DNA of 64,000 nucleotides from Bryobacterales bacterium (GTDB lineage Bacteria; Acidobacteriota; Terriglobia; Bryobacterales; UBA6623): NCBI GenBank assembly GCA_965203925.1, contig OZ241924.1, positions 768,629 to 832,628 of the forward strand, read 5' to 3'. Shown piece by piece: positions 57,604 to 64,000 of this stretch (position 1 is its first letter; each line of letters starts with the position of its first letter). The notes under the pieces were generated by a model. It saw only the letters and a program-made list of their open reading frames with translations, ran no database searches and was not told where the DNA came from. The position numbers and the translations under genes were made by a program.

Positions 57604-57818
57604 AGTTCGTCGGGATCGAGTTGGGTCGCCCTGCCAGCCCTGATATCCGTCCGGGCCTCATCGGCGAGTCTGCTCAAGGCAGCTTGAGAATTCGAAAACG
57701 CTTGAGTCCAGTGTTCCTCGTCCTCCATCTCGCCGAGAATCCAACGCGCAATTCGGTCCTGTTCCTCGGGCGCGAGCGCCGACACTCTTTCGATCACTGT
57801 CTCAAAGGCTCGACTCAC
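57600..57818 (-). CDS. Cognate antitoxin (72 aa, acidic)
   Basis: GTG start 57818; LAPEEQDRIARWIL.EMEDEEHW...F..SQ..L..LA.EA. Its stop overlaps the toxin ATG. Confidence 0.75.
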   Translation of the reverse strand: MSRAFETVIERVSALAPEEQDRIARWILGEMEDEEHWTQAFSNSQAALSRLADEARTDIRAGRATQLDPDEL

Positions 57819-57932
57819 GATACGAATTATATGGGAGGTCGCTGGCAAGACTCCAGCACGTCCCGATTAATGGGCACAAGCTGTGGGCGATTGGGTGTCC
57901 AGAGTCTTGATGTCGTCGTGGGGGCTTGTAGC

Positions 57933-58560
57933 AGACCTTGGACCCGAGATGCTGTCGGTTGCGATTCTCGTGTGGGATTGCAGCTGTCGGTCGTCCAGTT
58001 GAGCTAGGGCCTATGCTGTCCACTTGGTAGTTTTCGTGGTTGTTGGGATGAGCTGCTGCGGTGCAGGTCATGACGTGGCCCGATAGCGAGCCGCGTTGCC
58101 GGTGGGGCAGGTGCTGGAGGATGGCTCGTTCCGAACTACGTATGCCGGCATGCCCAGGCGGGTCGTCGAATGCACGGTCCCGGAATCGGAGATCAGCTGT
58201 ATCGGCTGGTTACGACGCTGCACGACCCGCAGCGCGCGCCGGCTGTCGAACTAGCCGTGGTGTACAACGAGCGCCAGGAAGTCGACACAGCCTGCGACGA
58301 GATCAAGACACACGTCCTTGGCTGCACGCCCATCCGCACGTCAGGACGCCCACGATGGTGCGGCGGGAGTTCAGTGGCTTGCTGCTGACCCACCACACCG
58401 TGCCCAGCATTCACCACGAGGCTGCGCCTGCGGCGAACGAGGACTCTGAGCGTCTCCCGTTCACTCAGGCGGTACAGACCATCCGGCGCCGGGGGTCAAG
58501 AGAAGCTCCAAGGCGTCAAGAGGAGGGTGCGCAAGTACAGCGTCCGGCATCGAGGGCCAC
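57933..58560 (+). mobile_element. Degenerate IS4-family transposase remnant
   Basis: Fragments across frames: VLEDGSF, RVVECTV, YRLVTTLHDP..APAVELA..YNERQEVDTACDEIKTH, VRREFSGLLLTHH, ERLPFTQAVQTIRR, GVKRRVRKY. Confidence 0.72.
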
Positions 58561-58702
58561 TGTTCCCCACAGGAACGTCGCGGGCAATTGCCTAGGTACT
58601 GCGGGCGAGCGGTGCGGAGCCAGCGCCACCGCCAATGCAAGGAGATCTTCACCCCTGTTGGGGCAGCAGACTGCAAGAGTCGATGGTGGAACGCTAATTG
58701 GA

Positions 58703-59713
58703 CTACACCGCGAAGCCGTGTTGTCTGCGGTGATGCGCTCCGTCAAAGTCCTGGGTCGACTTGAAGCGCTCGAAGCGCCCGTCGCCGGCCACGTCCGCAA
58801 CCCTAGAAAGGAGCACAGCCTTCTTGTCGTCGCTCATGGGCTTGAAGCCGCGCGCGATCTTGATCTCGGCCATCAGCTCCTCCATCGAGAGAATCCCCAC
58901 CACCAACGAGGAGATCGGCTGGCTCAGAGAATAGCGGCGGCATTCTTCATGGGTCGTCGAAGTGTTAGAGGGAATCGCACCGCGGGGTGCGCCGCCCCCT
59001 AGGCTTTTCATGCCGACGACGCCCACGTCGCGCGCCAGGCACAGGGGAACGACCTGCTTCTGAAAACTCCGGTAGTGGGCATCCATCACGTTGATCGGCA
59101 TTTGCGCCGCATCCCACTCGTGGGGCTTGTTGAGCATCTTGGCGTGAATGCTCGGATCCTTGTGGCCCGTGAACCCGATGTAGCGCACCTTTCCGGCCTT
59201 CTGCGCTTCGACAGCGGCCTTTAGGCCTCCCTTGTCGAAGACCCAGTCCGGGTCCGAGTCGTAGACCATCTCATGGAACTGCCACAGATCGATGCGGTCC
59301 GTGCGCATTCGGCGCAGGCTGTCCTCGAGGTTGCGCATGGACCCCTCGTAGTCGCGCTCGCAGTTCTTGGTCATGAGGAAAACCTTGTCGCGCTTGCCGC
59401 CCTCCGCCATCGCACGGCCCATGATCTCTTCGGAACCCCCGTTGTGATAGTCCCAGGCGTTGTCGAAGAAGGTCATGCCTTCGTCGATCGCGGCGTGCAT
59501 GATCCGGACTGCCTCGTTCTTGTCTTCGACGGCACCGATGTGCCATCCGCCGAGACTGAGAATCGAGACCTGCTCACCAGTCCGGCCCAGCCTGCGGGTC
59601 GGCAGTCCGTTAGCGCTGTCCTGCTGGGCCAAGGCTTGCTGGGCCAGCGCGACAGAGGCGGCGCTACCGAACATGCCTTGGAAGAACGAGCGGCGGGTTG
59701 CGTTAGTGGCCAT
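58703..59713 (-). CDS. Aldo/keto reductase (Tat signal)
   Basis: TRRSFF, RRLGRTGEQVSILSLGG, FFDNAWDY..G.SE, FLMTK, SLRRMRTDRIDLWQFH, GKVRYIGFTGH, GMKSLGGG. Confidence 0.9.
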   Translation of the reverse strand: MATNATRRSFFQGMFGSAASVALAQQALAQQDSANGLPTRRLGRTGEQVSILSLGGWHIGAVEDKNEAVRIMHAAIDEGMTFFDNAWDYHNGGSEEIMGRAMAEGGKRDKVFLMTKNCERDYEGSMRNLEDSLRRMRTDRIDLWQFHEMVYDSDPDWVFDKGGLKAAVEAQKAGKVRYIGFTGHKDPSIHAKMLNKPHEWDAAQMPINVMDAHYRSFQKQVVPLCLARDVGVVGMKSLGGGAPRGAIPSNTSTTHEECRRYSLSQPISSLVVGILSMEELMAEIKIARGFKPMSDDKKAVLLSRVADVAGDGRFERFKSTQDFDGAHHRRQHGFAV

Positions 59714-59871
59714 GGTGAATCAGGTCTGCCGGATCGGCGACGCACCAATGGTAACGCACGGAGGGGGCGCACCGGGCACACAGTGACCTGTCGGGACCCG
59801 GCGATTGGCCGGCGTCCCAGCGCGGCCCGGACGTGCGCAGCTGCCTTCGCGCAAGTCCGGCCGGGTTGCCC

Positions 59872-61176
59872 TCAGCGGTTGAAGATCTTGACCCTGAAGT
59901 AGGGCTTCCCCTTCTCCGCGGGATCCATGACGTACGTCTGGTGCGTCAGCATCGGGTCGTAGTCGCGCCACAGCCACGCCATGGCTTGGGGAAGCTCGGA
60001 GTCCCCGTAAACGGTGCTGTGTTGGGCGTTGCCGTAGCTGAACTTGAAGTCGTACTCCCTCATCTTGAGCGAGTTCGCCAGCTGGATGTTCTGCAGTGGC
60101 CAGCTACCGTGGGCATTCTCGAGGTCATAGGTGCCGTCACCGAGCCAGATGCGGATGTTGCGCCGCTCGCGCTTGCGGATTAGAAAGGGCCAAATGTTGC
60201 CCCCGTCGAGCGGCTCGCTGGGATCCTGGTCCCCGTACGCCCCGAGCGGGTAGTCTCCGAAAGGGTTCTCCTGTCCCCAGCGCCACTGGATGCTTGCGTA
60301 GCTTCCGATCCGCGACAGCACGCGGCTGAAGGCGTGGGGCCGGAACCATGCGGCGTTGAGCGAGCAGATCCCACCGGACGACTGGCCGCCGATGGCCCGG
60401 CTGTAGCCGTCAGAACGCAGTCGGTACGTCTTCTCGACCACGGGAAAGATCTCGTCCACGACCATCCTGTTGTAGTCGTCGTTGAACGTGTCGTACTGCA
60501 GGCTCCGCATGTGTCCGATGGCCCTTGGAGCGTAGGATGCCGAATTGTCGTGGTTGCCGATATAGCCGGGCGCTATCAGCACCAGGACCATGGGCGGCAG
60601 CCGCTTCTTGTGGACCAGATTCTCGACCACCACTTGGATCCGCGACCGCTTGTCGCGCTCCAAGAAACGGTGCCCGTCCTGCCACACCATGACTGCCGAG
60701 GGGACCGAAGGGTCCACCCCGGGCGAGGCGTATAGCCAGTAGGACACCTTCCAGCCGCGGTAGGTCGGGCTCTCGTGGAACAGCTCTTCCGAGAGCTCTC
60801 CACGGGGCACGCCGTCTTGGGAGTAGGAGTCCTCACCGTAGGCCGCGGTGTCGAAGCGCTTGCCGCCGAGAATGGAGCCGCCAACCCGGTAGTAGTGGGC
60901 GTGGGAAGTTCCGGTCCTCACCCTCCGGGCGTGCATCCAGAGGTCTCCCGGCAACGGTGTCATCGCCGCCGCAGGCTCGTCATCGACGTAAAGGTGGGGG
61001 CGCTTCGAGCTCTGGATCGCCCACACAAACTCGCCGCCGTAGGCGGACACGGCCGAGCCGTCGGCCAGATCGTCGGCACTGAATCGCTCCTTCAGGGCGG
61101 CCGCGGCGTCCGCCGGCGAAGGGGCGGGACGTCCGGTCACAAGCTGGTACAACTCCTGAGCCTGTTGGTCGGTCAT
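59872..61176 (-). CDS. Esterase, alpha/beta hydrolase (enterochelin-esterase-like)
   Basis: VMVWQDG, RSLQYD, RAIGGQSSGGICS nucleophile elbow, FSRVLSRIGSY, GSWPLQN, GNAQHS. Confidence 0.82.
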   Translation of the reverse strand: MTDQQAQELYQLVTGRPAPSPADAAAALKERFSADDLADGSAVSAYGGEFVWAIQSSKRPHLYVDDEPAAAMTPLPGDLWMHARRVRTGTSHAHYYRVGGSILGGKRFDTAAYGEDSYSQDGVPRGELSEELFHESPTYRGWKVSYWLYASPGVDPSVPSAVMVWQDGHRFLERDKRSRIQVVVENLVHKKRLPPMVLVLIAPGYIGNHDNSASYAPRAIGHMRSLQYDTFNDDYNRMVVDEIFPVVEKTYRLRSDGYSRAIGGQSSGGICSLNAAWFRPHAFSRVLSRIGSYASIQWRWGQENPFGDYPLGAYGDQDPSEPLDGGNIWPFLIRKRERRNIRIWLGDGTYDLENAHGSWPLQNIQLANSLKMREYDFKFSYGNAQHSTVYGDSELPQAMAWLWRDYDPMLTHQTYVMDPAEKGKPYFRVKIFNR

Positions 61177-61528
61177 GTGTTGCAGGATATCAGCAGCGCA
61201 GGCCCGCCACCGGTCGACCGGACTCGCCCATTACTCGCCCTCGCTGCCTCGCCGCGCCGCTCTCGCCGCCCGCGGTCCAGCCACTGAGCCAAGCTCTGGC
61301 CAATTCGTCTACGAAGTGCCCCCCTCAGTCCGCCAGTGGGCTGCTGACCCGAGAATCTGTACGGCCGCCGTGGCTCCGTGCGAGTCGCCCATCCAGTCTC
61401 GGAACCGGTGGGGACCGGAACACGTAGCCGTAGATCCCAAGCCCCCAACGGCATGCCTGTCCGGGTTGCCGCGTTCGCATCGGTGGCGCGGCCCGACAAG
61501 GCCGGGACCGAGGGGAGCGACGGCCCGC

Positions 61529-63379
61529 TCAGTCGCTAGCGACCGGTTCTGCCTGAGCCTCGCGAGAGACCTGAACCAGAGCGGGCCCGGGACCACGGAT
61601 CGGGCTCTCGGTTCCAGCCTCTCCAGTTGCGTCGTTCACGATCACATCGAACGGATGGGACAGATCGGCGGAGTCCCGAACACGCGACGTTCCGTAGATG
61701 TGGAACGGCTGCTTATCGTTGATCGTCGAAAGCTCGTCCAGGGTCTGTCCCCGATGCTTCTGAATCAGGCGCGGCAGTGTGGCCTTGTTGTTCGGCTCAT
61801 GGTCCCAGTCAAGGTAGAGGTGCTCGGAGAGCTTGTCCTCGGATTCCCCCGCGAAGCGCATGGCCGGCCACTTGAAGGCGGGGCCATGCACATGCTTGCC
61901 CCGCAAGTGGTAGAAGACCTTCGTGCCGATCTGGAAGTACTTCCTGGACCGCTGCCGCATTTCGCCGAAGTTCCGGCTCTGCCTCCAAGCCGTCATGATG
62001 AACTCCCACTGGAGCTGTGTCAGTTCGCGCGCCTTCATCGCACGCCCCGATGCCAGGCGCGTGTCCTCCAGAGGCGTGAAGATCGACGGCACGTAAAGAA
62101 CCTTGTTGTCCTTCAGCCGATGGAGCAGGTCCAGCGACTGCTTTATGTCGTCATCAGTCTCGTTCGGCAGGCCAACGATGAAGGTATAGACCGGAAACCA
62201 GTTGTTGTCGTTCAGGACGTTCGTGCCTTCCACAACGATCTCCTGCCAATCCCGGATGTCGAACGGCAGCGCCTTGCCGGCCATCGTGAGCGCCGCTAGC
62301 CTCGGCGAGCCCGTCTCGATGCCGATCAGCGGCGCAACGAACCGCTTGTCCGGATGCGTGGAATTGCGGTTCTGCAGGGCGCTCTTGTCCAGCAGAATGC
62401 TCGAGAGGTCCTTGATCAGCCCCGGATTGACCACGGCCGGGGCGATCGTGGCGTGCGAGAGCGGCAGGTAGTCGACCCCAGGCTCCTCCGCGATTGAGCC
62501 GTAGAAGTTGAGCATCTGGTTGGGGCTGGGAATGTAGAAGGGGGCGGAGGCTCCGTATATGAACACATCCTCGGAGACGGGGAAAATGATCCGCCCGCCG
62601 TTGGAGGTGTTGGCCCGCACCGCCGCAAGCACGTCCGGCAGAGGCACGGAGATGCGGGTCTCAAGGGTTGGCGAGCAGAATGCGCACTGGCGACCGCAGC
62701 CCCGGTTCATCTCTACGATGCCGTAGGTCGAACGCTTCCGTGGAATGATCAGGTCCTCAATGGGCGGCTCTGGCGCGTGGACGGTCGGCGGCAATTCCTC
62801 GCCCGCCTCGGCCATCCGGAAGATCTCGAGAATCCGCGACTCGGCCCGGCCGTTGATGATGCAGTCCACGCCGAGCCGCTCCCGGGAGCCGGTCTTGTCG
62901 ATCTGCCACGCTCCCGCCCCTCCCACAATCACTTTGGGCCTGTGCTTGCGGATGGCCGGGTGCAAGAAGACCCGCTCCGACTCTGCGGCGTTGATCGGGC
63001 GCGCCGTGGACCCGAAGATGTTCGAGTACACGCCCGTCGAGAACGCCGTGCCGATGGGATTGTGCGCCCCAATGCCTACGGCCACGGTGCGCCGTCCGAC
63101 GAAGGTCTCCAGGTCATCCGGATAACAGACAACAATGTCGTCGTCCGGATATTCCCTGCGCAGAACTTCTTCCGCCACCCGCACGCCGTAGGTCATGACC
63201 TTGGCGCTGCCGTCCGGGAATCTGGGCTGTTCGAACTTATTCTTGTAGAAGAATCGGGGGACGAACCTCGCCGGTGCGGAAGCATAGATCATCTGCTTCC
63301 ACGGGCTGAACGCCTGTTCTGTGCTCTCAGTGTCGGGCGCGGTAAGGACGAACTTCACGCCCTCGGAATGGTAGGGCAA
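61529..63379 (-). CDS. Radical SAM protein with N-terminal cobalamin-binding-like region
   Basis: EMNRGCGRQCAFCSP (CxxxCxxC), KVIVGGAGAWQ, IGIETGS, FIVGLPNET..D. Start is TTG 63379 or GTG 63358. Confidence 0.85.
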   Translation of the reverse strand: MPYHSEGVKFVLTAPDTESTEQAFSPWKQMIYASAPARFVPRFFYKNKFEQPRFPDGSAKVMTYGVRVAEEVLRREYPDDDIVVCYPDDLETFVGRRTVAVGIGAHNPIGTAFSTGVYSNIFGSTARPINAAESERVFLHPAIRKHRPKVIVGGAGAWQIDKTGSRERLGVDCIINGRAESRILEIFRMAEAGEELPPTVHAPEPPIEDLIIPRKRSTYGIVEMNRGCGRQCAFCSPTLETRISVPLPDVLAAVRANTSNGGRIIFPVSEDVFIYGASAPFYIPSPNQMLNFYGSIAEEPGVDYLPLSHATIAPAVVNPGLIKDLSSILLDKSALQNRNSTHPDKRFVAPLIGIETGSPRLAALTMAGKALPFDIRDWQEIVVEGTNVLNDNNWFPVYTFIVGLPNETDDDIKQSLDLLHRLKDNKVLYVPSIFTPLEDTRLASGRAMKARELTQLQWEFIMTAWRQSRNFGEMRQRSRKYFQIGTKVFYHLRGKHVHGPAFKWPAMRFAGESEDKLSEHLYLDWDHEPNNKATLPRLIQKHRGQTLDELSTINDKQPFHIYGTSRVRDSADLSHPFDVIVNDATGEAGTESPIRGPGPALVQVSREAQAEPVASD

Positions 63380-64000
63380 CGCTAATGTGAACCTCTTACG
63401 GGAAGACCCTCGTTCATACTAACCATTGGTGCCATGTGGAGGTCGCGCCTCTTGGCGCTCAAGTGGCGGAGACCCTGTCGAGCGACAGCGGCAGATTTCG
63501 GCCGACGTTCTCGCGCCCCGGGTAGTCTCGCGTGCACCTGTCGTTGCGTCCGTACAACTGCGCCACCCGCATAGACCGTTGTCCGGCTACTCGCCCTCCC
63601 CCACCCTCCGGACCCTGCGGGCGCTTCCCGTTTGCACCTTCGGCCCGCGGCGCCTAGGCCCACACTCGGCGCCCGGCCACTTTCGCGTAGCTGCGCCAAC
63701 CAACTCCGAACCGCCCGGTCAGAACAGGTTCAGATCGTTCTAGTCCTCCGATTGTCTGCACCCTCTCTCGGCACACTACACCAGCGGCTGCTCGTGCACC
63801 ATGGTCCGGTCTATCATTCCGCTCAGTCTGCGTCAGGACATCCTCTACGGGAGTCTCAGGCGCACCTCCCGTGTAGCCCAGCAGGGAGAACACCTCTTAT
63901 GTTGGAGAGCATGGCTACTGGTGGTGGGGGCGGCGGGAAGGGGGGACCCACAGCTCGACTGGCCAACTTGCACGCGTCGGTCACCCTCTTCCGTAATTAC

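Noticed and set aside
63380-64000. Short ORFs at the window end
   Set aside because: No motif support; may be regulatory DNA or the end of a feature outside the window.
1-64000. rRNA, tRNA, tmRNA, SRP RNA, CRISPR arrays, integrase
   Set aside because: No signature recognised by eye. A covariance-model scan was not possible, so small RNAs could have been missed.

Overview
High-GC bacterial DNA, probably Acidobacteriota (inferred from two Oar-type TonB-dependent receptors, a DUF1501 + PSD1/cytochrome c pair, a DUF3467-like gene and many Tat-signal oxidoreductases). Positions 1-25.1 kb are mostly housekeeping genes: AtuA-like, SDR, aroK, lolD-like, recD2, folD, rsgA, SPOR, nfeD/SPFH, a SpoIIE-type phosphatase, a K+ channel, nnr, tsaE, ruvA, ruvB, a deoxynucleoside kinase, a CtpA-like protein that appears to lack its catalytic dyad, and a polyprenyl-phosphate sugar transferase. 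The rest is largely accessory and partly decaying. (i) 25.4-26.9 kb: a DUF6884-like gene overlapping an atypical HhH-GPD DNA glycosylase with a CxxC-x12-CxxC tail. (ii) 35.3-41.7 kb: a 6.26-kb segment bounded by two near-identical 120-bp leader/RBS/ATG direct repeats. It encodes an Stf3-like sulfotransferase, a GPP34-domain::cytochrome P450 fusion frameshifted at a G8 tract, and a broken second sulfotransferase. (iii) A Tat-exported GH109-like gene split by an intact 2245-bp IS (21-bp perfect IRs, CTAG duplication), followed by a sulfatase. (iv) A Panacea-antitoxin/RelE-like pair, a ParE-like toxin-antitoxin pair, and AAA-ATPase and IS4 remnants. (v) An orphan radical SAM gene. The strongest candidate for a new system is the repeat-bounded sulfotransferase/GPP34-P450 lipid-modification cassette; the DUF6884/HhH glycosylase module is second. 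I recognised no rRNA, tRNA or CRISPR array. All family names come from motif recognition by eye, not from database searches.
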